A stretch of DNA of 60,160 bases, the filler included. It is 4 parts of 4 records of this genome, joined end to end, with 100 filler letters (N's around TTAATTAATTAA, not from the genome) between each part and the next. Parts side by side here need not be neighbours in the genome. Positions count along the whole stretch, not along the records: positions 34,788 to 53,194 come from DRR723986_8933; 3 more parts are not named here. One strand, given 5' to 3'. Below the pieces are notes generated by a model that saw only the letters and a list, made by a program, of their open reading frames with translations, had not been told where the DNA came from and made no database searches. The position numbers and the translations under genes are program-made. Shown here piece by piece: positions 41,476 to 50,625 of this stretch. The stretch's first letter is position 1; every line of letters begins with the position of its first letter.

Positions 41476-42309
41476 ATGCTTCAACTGCTCACTCAATTCA
41501 TTCGCCACTACCTGCTTGCAGTGCAGTTTTTCACACGCATACCCATTACCGGAAAATTGGCTGAGTGGGTGGGCTTCTCGCCCGCCATGTTGCGTGCCAG
41601 TGCTGCACATTTTCCCGGTGTGGGCTGGCTAGTAGGGGCAACATGTGCAGCCGTGTTGTGGGGCTTGGTGTGCGCCTTGCCTGAAGTACCTGCTGCAAGC
41701 TGGGTGGCAGCCGTGTTGTGCACCGTGTTCAGTGTAATGTTGACGGGTGCGTTTCATGAAGACGGTTTGGCCGACACGGCTGATGGCTTGGGTGGCAGCA
41801 TGAACCGCGAACGCGCGCTCGACATCATGAAAGATTCCCGTGTGGGCACCTATGGCGCACTGGCGTTGGTGCTGGTGGTGTTGCTTAAAATCAGCCTGCT
41901 GACCATGTTGTTGCAAATCGCAACCTTGCCAATTACAGCGGTGGGCGTGTTGGGTGCGCATGTGGTGTCGCGCCTCTTGCCCTTGTTCATTATTCGCAGT
42001 TTGCCGCATGTGGGCGACACACATCAATCCAAATCAAAGCCACTGGCTGATCAAATTGGCAACCGTAGTTTAGCGGTAGCCACGGTGTGGGCTGCGATGG
42101 TTTTTGGCCTGTTGTATGCGCTTGCACCGGGCGCACCCTGGTGGGCAGCTGCTTTGGGCGCAGTATTGGCACTGGGTTATATGTGGCGCTTGCTAAAACG
42201 CAGGCTGGGCGGATTTACTGGCGACGGTTTGGGGGCCACACAACAAGTGTGTGAGGTGGTTTTTTACCTGGGCTTGTTATTGGCTTGGCCGCTGGCTGCT
42301 GTGTCATGA
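41476..42309 (+). CDS. cobS: Cobalamin 5'-phosphate synthase
   Basis: FFTRIP, TGAFHEDGLADTADG, MKDSRVG and GGFTGDGLGA motifs. Confidence 0.97.
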   Translation: MLQLLTQFIRHYLLAVQFFTRIPITGKLAEWVGFSPAMLRASAAHFPGVGWLVGATCAAVLWGLVCALPEVPAASWVAAVLCTVFSVMLTGAFHEDGLADTADGLGGSMNRERALDIMKDSRVGTYGALALVLVVLLKISLLTMLLQIATLPITAVGVLGAHVVSRLLPLFIIRSLPHVGDTHQSKSKPLADQIGNRSLAVATVWAAMVFGLLYALAPGAPWWAAALGAVLALGYMWRLLKRRLGGFTGDGLGATQQVCEVVFYLGLLLAWPLAAVS

Positions 42310-42848
42310 AGCTGTGGTTGGTTCGCCATGCCCCGGTGCTGTTACCTGCAGGAATTTGCTACGGCGCAAGCGATGTATTGGCCGATGATGCGGCCAGCCT
42401 GCAAGCGGCCCGGCAAGCAGCAGAACAATTGCCGCCAGGCTTGCATGTGCGTGTTTCAGGCCTGCTGCGCGCGCAACAACTTGCAAACCATTTGGCGGCG
42501 CTGCGGCCCGATCTTCCCACCGCAATTGTAGATGCCCGCTTAAATGAAATGAACTTTGGTTGCTGGGAAATGCAGCCTTGGGACGCAATTCCACAAACCG
42601 CCTTCGACGCCTGGCTGGCTGATTTTGATCACCATTGTTTTGGCGGTGCCGAAAGCACACACGTGGTGTTGCAGCGCGTGGGGAAGGCTTTAAGTGGCGT
42701 GCAGAACGATGAGTTGTGGATTACCCATGCAGGTATCATTCGCGCGGTGCAATGGATTGTTGAACACGGTTTTGAACCTGTTCAAAAGGCTGAAAACTGG
42801 CCGAAAACGGTGGTGGAGCCAGGGGGTTTATTGAGTGTCAATTATTGA
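42306..42848 (+). CDS. Histidine phosphatase, CobC-like alpha-ribazole phosphatase
   Basis: LVRHA, L.EMNFG.WE, GAES and THAG motifs; ATGA overlap with cobS. Confidence 0.85.
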   Translation: MKLWLVRHAPVLLPAGICYGASDVLADDAASLQAARQAAEQLPPGLHVRVSGLLRAQQLANHLAALRPDLPTAIVDARLNEMNFGCWEMQPWDAIPQTAFDAWLADFDHHCFGGAESTHVVLQRVGKALSGVQNDELWITHAGIIRAVQWIVEHGFEPVQKAENWPKTVVEPGGLLSVNY

Positions 42849-42851
42849 TAA

Positions 42852-44750
42852 TCACGCTACCCACCTACCGGCCCCTTCAATCACCAACCCCCTCGGCCCA
42901 CGCACTTCATTCTGGTTTGCATAGGCCCAGTTCAAGGCCTTGCACATTTCATCTGAAAACTCGTTGTCGTGTTGCTGATGCAAATCCATGAACTGTTTGG
43001 ATGCCACCATGGCGCGCAATTCCTCAAGCAGGCCCGGCTCGTTGATGTAACGCACCACGCCATGCACATAGTTTTCAACTGAATCGGCCACGCAGTATTC
43101 AGCCAGTCCTAGCGAAGCCAAAATATCGTAGTCACTGCGCGAATGGGGTTCGGCACCGATCAGGCTGATCACAGGCAGGCCCAACACCATGCAATCGATG
43201 GTGCTGGTGGCGTTGCCAAACGGGAAGGGGCTGAGTGCCAGGTGGTGCTGGTTGAGCATGTTCAGGTAGGCTTCATAACCCGTGCGGCGGGCCACCACGG
43301 CGGTGGGGAAGAAGCTGCGCAGGCGTTTCTCGGTTGAAAGGTGACCAACACCATATTCATTGGGGAAGAAGGTGAAGCGAATCGGCTTGGCCGAGAGGCG
43401 TTCAATCTCCTTCAGCGCAGTCATGAAGCCCAGGTTGATCTTCATGGTGTTGCAGGGCACCGCAATCGACACCACAGCGTCATCCAGCACCGCGGGTGGT
43501 GGCAGTTTCAAGTCTTTGTGGGCCTCGGCCACATTGCCAATTTCACTCTCCAGAATCAACATGTTCTCATTCACCACGCCGGAGCCGCCAAATACACGGG
43601 TGGTCACAAATGCTACGTCCATCTCGCTGCTAAAGCTGCTGGCCGGGTGGCCAAAGCTCATGGCTTGTAGTGGGGCCCAGCGCAGGTTTGCGAGTGAAAT
43701 TCCCCAAGAGCGCATGCCCACGCTCATGAACCAGGCAATGTCGGGTGTACATTGGTTCAGCACCGGTTGCAGGTTCATTTCTTCTTCGGGCACTTCAATG
43801 AAGTCATCGAACAGGCCAATGGATTGGTCATCTACATCGGCTTTCATTGACACCATCACCAGGTAGTAATCGAGTTTCAGGCGTTTGATCATGGGGGCAT
43901 ACCAACGGTACATGGCGTGCACCGACTTGAACGTTTCGGCAATCACCACCATCACGGGTTTGTTGTCGATGTTCCCGGTGTGTCGAACGCTGCCAGCGGG
44001 TTTGACCTGAATGCCTTTGGCCTTGTGCACACGCTTGAACCAGTGGTTCAGGTGCTTTTTAATTTCATGCTTGCGCGGGCTGGTACTGTAGCTGCACAGC
44101 ATCCAGATATTGGAGATCAAAGCGCGGTATTGGTCCAAGGGGCGCAGTGCACTGTAGGGGTTGTACTCTTCCAGCAGGAAGGTGCGGCCAGCGTCGCCTG
44201 TCACGGTCAAGGGCAGGCGGTCGAGCAACAGGCCAATCGCCAACAGGGCCGAGGTTTCCGTGCTTTCCAGAGTCAGTTCTACCAGGTCGGCGGGGTCCAG
44301 ATCGCCCACGCTGGCCAGCAGCAGGGCGCGTACCAAAGCGGGGTTGTCTGTCAGTTGTTTGGCTTTGCGCTCGTGTGCCTTGTTCAGCAACAGCTTGAGT
44401 ACTGCGCGGCTGCTGCCGTAGCCGGACACCTCAAAAACATGACTCATGAAGCGCTTTTGTTTGGTCAACACCAGCAAGCTATTCAAGCTCAGGGTGTGCT
44501 TCAGGTCGGTGAGTACATTCACGTATAGCGCGGCAAACCGCGTGCACAATTCGGTTGTGCCTTGTATGTTCAATTGCATCAAGCTGGCATACGGTTTGTT
44601 CTGGCACTCATTCACCAACACAGCCAACTGATTGATGGTTTTTTCTGCGTCCTGCTGTTGAATGAATACCCCACTCTCGATGTTTTGCAATTTTGCGTCA
44701 ATGTCATCAAACAGCGGTTGTAGTTGTTCTTCCAGGCTTGCTGTGGTCAT
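42852..44750 (-). CDS. HMW1C/NGT-like cytoplasmic protein glycosyltransferase (GT41)
   Basis: Colinear family motifs: MLCSY..KHEIK, KPVMVV.E.F...HAMYR, RWAPLQAMSFGHPAS, TMKIN, Y..YL, PFPFGN....D and G.EPH.R.D; no signal peptide. Confidence 0.85.
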   Translation of the reverse strand: MTTASLEEQLQPLFDDIDAKLQNIESGVFIQQQDAEKTINQLAVLVNECQNKPYASLMQLNIQGTTELCTRFAALYVNVLTDLKHTLSLNSLLVLTKQKRFMSHVFEVSGYGSSRAVLKLLLNKAHERKAKQLTDNPALVRALLLASVGDLDPADLVELTLESTETSALLAIGLLLDRLPLTVTGDAGRTFLLEEYNPYSALRPLDQYRALISNIWMLCSYSTSPRKHEIKKHLNHWFKRVHKAKGIQVKPAGSVRHTGNIDNKPVMVVIAETFKSVHAMYRWYAPMIKRLKLDYYLVMVSMKADVDDQSIGLFDDFIEVPEEEMNLQPVLNQCTPDIAWFMSVGMRSWGISLANLRWAPLQAMSFGHPASSFSSEMDVAFVTTRVFGGSGVVNENMLILESEIGNVAEAHKDLKLPPPAVLDDAVVSIAVPCNTMKINLGFMTALKEIERLSAKPIRFTFFPNEYGVGHLSTEKRLRSFFPTAVVARRTGYEAYLNMLNQHHLALSPFPFGNATSTIDCMVLGLPVISLIGAEPHSRSDYDILASLGLAEYCVADSVENYVHGVVRYINEPGLLEELRAMVASKQFMDLHQQHDNEFSDEMCKALNWAYANQNEVRGPRGLVIEGAGRWVA

Positions 44751-44769
44751 GGCTTAGACAATCTCACAT

Positions 44770-45912
44770 TTAAAGTTGAATGGTGCGGCCACTGGTCGAG
44801 GCTTGTGCGATCGCCTGGCTCAAGGTGAGGCCTTCTGCAGCGACACCAGTCGACAAGGTGTAGGCATTCAGCTTCTCATCGCGCATGGCTTGTGCAATGT
44901 CGGCGTAGTAGTTGGCAAAGGCTTCGATAAAACCCGAGGGGTGGCCGGCCTTGAAGCGGTTGTAGCGGGGCTGTGCGGTTATTTCACTGCCCGTTGAAAT
45001 TCGGTCAAGCAGCATGCGGTTGCCTGCTTCATCAGCGGCCTCAATCATTTCGGGGCTTTCCTGATGCCATTGCAAACTGCCCTTGGTACCAAACACGCGT
45101 ATGCGCAAGCCATTGCGATAACCCAACACGGCTTTGCCATACCACGCATTGACCATCAGGTTGTTGCTGTATTGAATGACAGCATCCACTTCATCAATCA
45201 GCCCCGGCGATACGTTGGTGATTGCGCGTTGCCAGGCATTCACGGCTTGTGGTGTGTTGCCGCACACAAAGTTCACCAGGCTGTGCAGGTGCACAAACAG
45301 GTCGAGCGACACACAGCTGATGTCGCCGTCTTCCAGCCGCCACGATTGAATGGCGTGGGTTTTGTTTTGGTTGCTCAGCCGCATGTATGAGTCTTGTGGC
45401 ATTTCCACCATCACCTTGAATACGCTGCCAATGGCCCCGCTTTCCACACGGCGTTTCATCTCGCGCACAGCGGGGTAGCCGGTGTAATTGAAGATTGAAA
45501 ATACCTGGGTGTTGTCGGGCTGGACACGGGCCAGTAGTTCTTTGCATTCCTGCACATTGGCCAACAGGGGCTTGTCGGAGATGACCCGCAAGTTGTGGTC
45601 GAGTGCCAAATGAATGTACTGCGCATGCGACTTGATCGGCGTGGCAATCACCACCGCATCCACTTCGTGCGCTACAGCATCGATCAGCGCTTCTGCGCTG
45701 GGGTACAGTTTGTCGGCCGGCACATTGTACTGGCGGCCAGATTCAGCATTGAATTCCGGATTGCGGCTAAAGCACCCCGCCACCAGGTCGAATTCATTGT
45801 CCATTTTCATGGCAATTTCATGCACGCGGCCCACAGCCGAATTCACACCGCCGCCTATCATGGCGACCCTGATGGGTTTGTGCAGTGGTTTCAGTGCGTT
45901 GTATTTGCTCAT
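44770..45912 (-). CDS. Cytoplasmic Gfo/Idh/MocA oxidoreductase
   Basis: IRVAMIGGG..SAVGRVH, SDKP, NYTGYP and AGHPSGFIEAFAN motifs. Confidence 0.88.
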   Translation of the reverse strand: MSKYNALKPLHKPIRVAMIGGGVNSAVGRVHEIAMKMDNEFDLVAGCFSRNPEFNAESGRQYNVPADKLYPSAEALIDAVAHEVDAVVIATPIKSHAQYIHLALDHNLRVISDKPLLANVQECKELLARVQPDNTQVFSIFNYTGYPAVREMKRRVESGAIGSVFKVMVEMPQDSYMRLSNQNKTHAIQSWRLEDGDISCVSLDLFVHLHSLVNFVCGNTPQAVNAWQRAITNVSPGLIDEVDAVIQYSNNLMVNAWYGKAVLGYRNGLRIRVFGTKGSLQWHQESPEMIEAADEAGNRMLLDRISTGSEITAQPRYNRFKAGHPSGFIEAFANYYADIAQAMRDEKLNAYTLSTGVAAEGLTLSQAIAQASTSGRTIQL

Positions 45913-45936
45913 GTTCAGTGTCCTTTGCGTGGGGCT

Positions 45937-47082
45937 TTAACCATTGAAGGTGTAAAGCCTGCGCTGTGTGGCAAGGCTGGCCAGTGTTTGAAGTTCAACC
46001 GCGTTGGTGCAGCGTGCAAACAGCAGGGCGATGCGGCCTACAGGGCTGGACGCAATAAAGTCGCCAGTGGCGGCAATGGGCACCCAACGCTCCATGTGTA
46101 CCGGGTGATTAAAGTGCAGGTGTTGCAACAAGCCTTCGTGCGGCAGGGTCAGTGTGTGGCGCAAAATGAAATTCTGCTTCAAGGGGCCAGGCGCAGCACG
46201 CTGCCCCAAAAAGCCTTTGGCGTAGCTGGCCACGTAGGGAAAGCCGGTTGAAAGTTCAATCAACTGGCTGTACAAATCGCCGGGGCAACGGCGGGTAATT
46301 TCAACCAGCCAGAATTCATTGCCTTTCAGCAAAAACTGCGTGTGCACCAAACCATCGCACAGGCGCAGGCTTTGGGCCAAATGTTCAATTTCTCGCCGAA
46401 TGCGTGTGTGCACCTCCACCGGAAAATCGATGGCCAGGTGGCTGGTGTCGACCACAAAGCGGTTGGCCGAGCCATGTTCTATCACCACAAAGTCTTGCGC
46501 CACGCGGCCATTCACTACAAACGCAGAATGGCTGTACAACTGGCCTTCCACATATTCTTCGACCAAACAATCACCACTTCTCGATTCGGCTTTGGCGGTG
46601 CCAATTGCCTTGTGCAGCTGACTGGTCTCGCCGGCCTGCACCACTGTAATGCCGCGGCCACTGTAGGCATCGACCGGTTTTACAATCACGGCGCAAGCAG
46701 GTGTTTCATTATTGCCAAACACACGGGGTACCGACAAACCCTCGCGTTGTGCATAGGTGCGAAACTTCTGCTTGTGGTTGATGGTCTCTGTGGCCTCCAG
46801 GCGATCAATGCCGGGAAAGTGCAAGGTTTCCGACACTTCTGCGCAGGAGTAATACGAACGATCATTGCAACCGGGCACCAGGTACTCGATGCCCAGTTGG
46901 GTGCATAAATCGGCCAGAGCGGCGGGGCTGGAATAATCCAGTTGTTGGTAACCCGGCGTGGCCTTGGCCAAAAAGTCGTTGGGCTTGCCACCCGCAAACA
47001 TCACCGTGTGCCCGGCATTGCGCAGGTAGTTCAGGATAGGCCCTGACGAGAAATTGGTATCGACCAACAGCACCTTAGCCAC
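45937..47082 (-). CDS. ATP-grasp domain protein (putative amide ligase)
   Basis: IVKPVDAYSGRG, EEYVEG and HTQF...EITRR motifs; GTG start with GAGG upstream overlaps the aminotransferase stop. Confidence 0.85.
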   Translation of the reverse strand: MAKVLLVDTNFSSGPILNYLRNAGHTVMFAGGKPNDFLAKATPGYQQLDYSSPAALADLCTQLGIEYLVPGCNDRSYYSCAEVSETLHFPGIDRLEATETINHKQKFRTYAQREGLSVPRVFGNNETPACAVIVKPVDAYSGRGITVVQAGETSQLHKAIGTAKAESRSGDCLVEEYVEGQLYSHSAFVVNGRVAQDFVVIEHGSANRFVVDTSHLAIDFPVEVHTRIRREIEHLAQSLRLCDGLVHTQFLLKGNEFWLVEITRRCPGDLYSQLIELSTGFPYVASYAKGFLGQRAAPGPLKQNFILRHTLTLPHEGLLQHLHFNHPVHMERWVPIAATGDFIASSPVGRIALLFARCTNAVELQTLASLATQRRLYTFNG

Positions 47083-48193
47083 GGCTGGCCTCGTCAATAA
47101 TCACGCAAATGCGCGCCACATCTTCCAGCGGCAGATCAGGGTAAATCGGCAGGCACAACACTTGTTCAGCGGCTTTGTGGGCATTGGGCAAATTACGTGG
47201 CGCGGCGGAGGACAAACCACGGTACATGGGCATGCTGCTGATCAATGGGAAAAAATAGCGGCGACCATGGACACCGTGCTCTTGCAAACGGGCGTACAGC
47301 GCGTCGCGCGTAATTGGGTAGTGGGCATTCACGAAAATCGGAAAGTAAGCGCCGTTCCATTCCACATTCTCGGGCACAGCCATGTGTTCGATTCCGGGGA
47401 CATTGGCCAGCAATTCGCGGTACAGGGCCTGTATGCGGTGGCGCTTTTCAATGGCTTGGTCCACATACTTCAATTGCAGCATGCCCATGGCGGCATTCAG
47501 TTCGCTCATCTTGCCGTTGATGCCCGGTGCCATCACGGTGACCTCGTCGGCAAAGCCGAAGTTTTTCAGGTAATCAATGCGTTGTTTGGTTTTGGCGTCT
47601 TTGCAAACAATGGCGCCACCTTCAAAGGTATTGAACACTTTGGTGGCATGCAGGCTGAGCACCGACAAATCGCCGGCATTCAAAATGCTCTCGCCGTTTT
47701 GCTTCACGCCAAAGGCGTGGGCCGCGTCGTAAATCACCTTCAAGCCATACACATCGGCAATGCGTTGAATCTCGGTGGTGTTGGCAGGCAGGCCATAGCA
47801 ATGTACCGGCAAAATGGCACTGGTTTGCGGCGTGATGGCTTCTTCAATGCGGCGGGGGTCCAGGTTCAGGGTGACCGGATCCACATCCACAAACACCGGC
47901 TGCAGGTCGTTCCACAACAGGGAATGGCTGGTGCACACGAATGAATAGGGCGTCGTAATCACTTCGCCTTGAATGCGCAGGGCTTTCAACGCAGTCATCA
48001 AAGCAATGGTGCCATTGCAAAACAGGGAAATGAAAGGCACACCCAAATATTCGCACAGCGCCTTTTCAAGCTGCTGGTGATAGGGGCCGTTGTTGGTCAG
48101 GGTTTTGCTGTCCCAAATCTGTTCTAGGTAGGGTATGAACTCCGCAAGCGGCGGCAGCGCTGGCTGCGTCACATAAATTTTCCGATGATCCAT
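47075..48193 (-). CDS. DegT/DnrJ/EryC1/StrS sugar aminotransferase, VioA-like
   Basis: IYVTQP.LPP, LTNNGP, NGTIAL, DAAHAFG, SLHATKVFNTFEGG and GINGKMSE motifs. Confidence 0.92.
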   Translation of the reverse strand: MDHRKIYVTQPALPPLAEFIPYLEQIWDSKTLTNNGPYHQQLEKALCEYLGVPFISLFCNGTIALMTALKALRIQGEVITTPYSFVCTSHSLLWNDLQPVFVDVDPVTLNLDPRRIEEAITPQTSAILPVHCYGLPANTTEIQRIADVYGLKVIYDAAHAFGVKQNGESILNAGDLSVLSLHATKVFNTFEGGAIVCKDAKTKQRIDYLKNFGFADEVTVMAPGINGKMSELNAAMGMLQLKYVDQAIEKRHRIQALYRELLANVPGIEHMAVPENVEWNGAYFPIFVNAHYPITRDALYARLQEHGVHGRRYFFPLISSMPMYRGLSSAAPRNLPNAHKAAEQVLCLPIYPDLPLEDVARICVIIDEASRG

Positions 48194-48370
48194 ACCCAAG
48201 CCTTTCTATTTGATTTTCTTCATTATCCCGGCTGGATTACACAATCATTTGTTAAATATCAGGCCTCTTTCCCCTTCAGAAAAATGTTTTCCCCCATTCA
48301 GGCTTGCTATAGTTCGCATTGAATTTGGCTTGAAAACGGCCTTTATTGATCTATTTACCGGGAATTCACC

Positions 48371-49228
48371 ATGTTTGTTGCCGGCAACGGTGTGGGTTGG
48401 CTTGAGGCCGTTATTTTGGGGCTGATCCAGGGGCTTACTGAATTTTTGCCCATTTCATCGAGTGCGCATTTGCGTATCATTGGACCCATGTTGCCCTCAG
48501 GCCTCGATCCCGGCGCAGCTTTTACGGCCATTACCCAGCTGGGAACCGAACTCGCGGTGCTGGTGTACTTCCGCCACGACATCGCCCGAATTTTTCTGGC
48601 CTGGTGTGGGTCCTTCAAACGCAATGCCGCCAGTGGTGTGCCAATGAGTCCCGATGCCCGTTTGGGGTGGCTGGTCATTGTGGGCACCTTGCCCATTGCT
48701 GTTTTGGGCCTGTTGTTTCAAGATCTGATTGAAACCTATCTGCGCAATTTGTACCTGACTGCCATCATGTTGATTGTGTTTGGCCTCATCCTTGGTTTCG
48801 CCGACAAAGTGGGCAAGCGCCATACCGAGCTGAGGGAAATGACCTGGCGCGACGGCATTGTGTTTGGTTTTGCGCAAGCCTTGGCACTCATTCCCGGTGT
48901 GAGCCGGTCGGGCGGAACCATCACCGCAGGTTTGCTGATGGGCTACACCCGAGAGGCCGCGGCGCGTTATTCCTTCTTGCTCGCGGTGCCCGCGGTGTTT
49001 GCTTCCGGCTTTTACCAGTTGTACAAAAGTTGGGGCGTGGCCGGCCCGGTCAGCCCGGCCAACACGGCCTTGGCAACCTTCATTGCTTTCTTTGTGGGCT
49101 ATGCCGTCATTGTGTGGTTCCTCAAGCTGGTCAGTACGCGTGGCTACGGCCTGTTTGTGGTGTACCGTGTGGTGCTGGGTGTGGTGGTGTTGGCGCTGTT
49201 GGCTGCCGGGGTGTTGCAGCCGCTTTAA
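48371..49228 (+). CDS. uppP: Undecaprenyl-diphosphate phosphatase (BacA)
   Basis: [22 protein letters not shown] and AARYSFLL motifs. Confidence 0.96.
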   Translation: MFVAGNGVGWLEAVILGLIQGLTEFLPISSSAHLRIIGPMLPSGLDPGAAFTAITQLGTELAVLVYFRHDIARIFLAWCGSFKRNAASGVPMSPDARLGWLVIVGTLPIAVLGLLFQDLIETYLRNLYLTAIMLIVFGLILGFADKVGKRHTELREMTWRDGIVFGFAQALALIPGVSRSGGTITAGLLMGYTREAAARYSFLLAVPAVFASGFYQLYKSWGVAGPVSPANTALATFIAFFVGYAVIVWFLKLVSTRGYGLFVVYRVVLGVVVLALLAAGVLQPL

Positions 49229-49245
49229 AGTTGCAGGAACGCAGT

Positions 49246-50625
49246 ATGCAGGTGTTGTGGTTCAAACGGGATTTGCGTTTAAGCGATCACCTGCCGCTGT
49301 TTGAAGCCATGCGCAATGCCAAGCATCACGGGCTTGTGCTGCCCTTGTACATTCACGAACCCAGCCAAATTGCAGATGCGCACACCGCGCGCCAACACCA
49401 GTTGTTTGTGCATGAATGCCTGGATGATTTGAAGCAACAGTTTGCCGATGTGGGCGGCTATCTGCATGAAGAATTGGGCGAGGCCGTCGAGGTGTTGGCT
49501 CGCCTGCATGCACAGCTCAAATTTACCCACGTGTGGGCACATCAGGAAACCACGCAGCTTGCACAATACCGACGCGATCAAGCCGTGGCGGCATGGTGCA
49601 AAAGCATGGGTGTGGCGTTTCATGAATTGCCCCAAAACAATGTGCAGCGTGCCACCTTCAAGGCCAATCCGTTTGCTGAGAAAATTAATTTTCAAACTTA
49701 CCTGGACCGGGCCGCTCAAGAAGAAATCAAAAACCCGGCCGGGCGAAATTTGCAGGCCTTCTTCGCACCCAAACCCCCTGTTGAATTCAACCGTGCCACG
49801 GTGCCGCTGGCTGCAGGCGATGACAAACCACTGCGCATGAAAGGTGGCCGTGCCCAGGCCCGGGCAGTGGCCGCGAAATTCTTTACTCCAGCCAAATTGA
49901 GAAGTTATCCCTTCTCGATCTCCAGCCCCTTGAAAGCATGGAATGGTTGCTCGCGCCTGTCGCCTTACTTGGCCTACGGCGTGGTCTCTGATCGGGAAGT
50001 GCTTCAAAAGCTCAACGCCCTGGTGAACACGGTGCATGGGCAGGGTGATGTGACACACATTGCAAAAGTTGAAGATGCCGCGCGGTTTTATGTGGACAGG
50101 CTGATTTGGCGGCAAGGTTATTTGCAGCAGCTGGAGAACCACACGGGGTTGGAAACCGATGCTTTTTACTGCGACGAACCAGCAGAGGTGAATCAGGAAT
50201 TCTTGAATGCTTGGCAGCAGGGCCGAACGGGCTTTGCCTACGTAGACGCTTGCCAGCGCTTTTTACAACAAACAGGTTGGCTGAACATGCGGGCGCGGGC
50301 CATGTTGGTGTCGTTTGCGTGCGTGCAATTGGGTTTGCCCTGGCAACCCGTGGCTTTGTATTTGGCACAGCAGTTTCTCGACTTCGAGCCCGCCATTCAC
50401 TATGGTCAGGTGCGCATTGCAAGTGGCACCAGCCACTTTTCGCAAATGCTGGTGTATGACCCCTTGAAACAACAGGCCGAGCAAGATCCCAAAGGCGAGT
50501 TTGTGAAGCGTTGGTTGCCGGAATATGGCACTGCGCGCTATCCAGCGCCCATGGTCGACAATGCGGAATCACTAAGGCTTGGCAAGGCACGCTTGCATGC
50601 CATGCGCCAAAACCGGCTGTTATGA
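49246..50625 (+). CDS. Cryptochrome/photolyase family flavoprotein (divergent)
   Basis: WFKRDLRLSDH, SRLSPYL, W..GRTG...VDA and DP.G.FVKRWLPE motifs; ATG at 49246 after AGGA. Confidence 0.9.
   Translation: MQVLWFKRDLRLSDHLPLFEAMRNAKHHGLVLPLYIHEPSQIADAHTARQHQLFVHECLDDLKQQFADVGGYLHEELGEAVEVLARLHAQLKFTHVWAHQETTQLAQYRRDQAVAAWCKSMGVAFHELPQNNVQRATFKANPFAEKINFQTYLDRAAQEEIKNPAGRNLQAFFAPKPPVEFNRATVPLAAGDDKPLRMKGGRAQARAVAAKFFTPAKLRSYPFSISSPLKAWNGCSRLSPYLAYGVVSDREVLQKLNALVNTVHGQGDVTHIAKVEDAARFYVDRLIWRQGYLQQLENHTGLETDAFYCDEPAEVNQEFLNAWQQGRTGFAYVDACQRFLQQTGWLNMRARAMLVSFACVQLGLPWQPVALYLAQQFLDFEPAIHYGQVRIASGTSHFSQMLVYDPLKQQAEQDPKGEFVKRWLPEYGTARYPAPMVDNAESLRLGKARLHAMRQNRLL

Noticed and set aside
48200-48300. 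Possible sigma28 promoter for the glycosylation operon (GCCGGGATAA on the minus strand)
   Set aside because: Poor match to GCCGATAA and no correctly spaced TAAA, so it gives no support for flagellar regulation.
49030-49245. Cys-rich N-terminal extension on the photolyase-family ORF, resembling a metal-binding domain
   Set aside because: It overlaps uppP in another frame; the family N-terminus and SD place the start at 49246.
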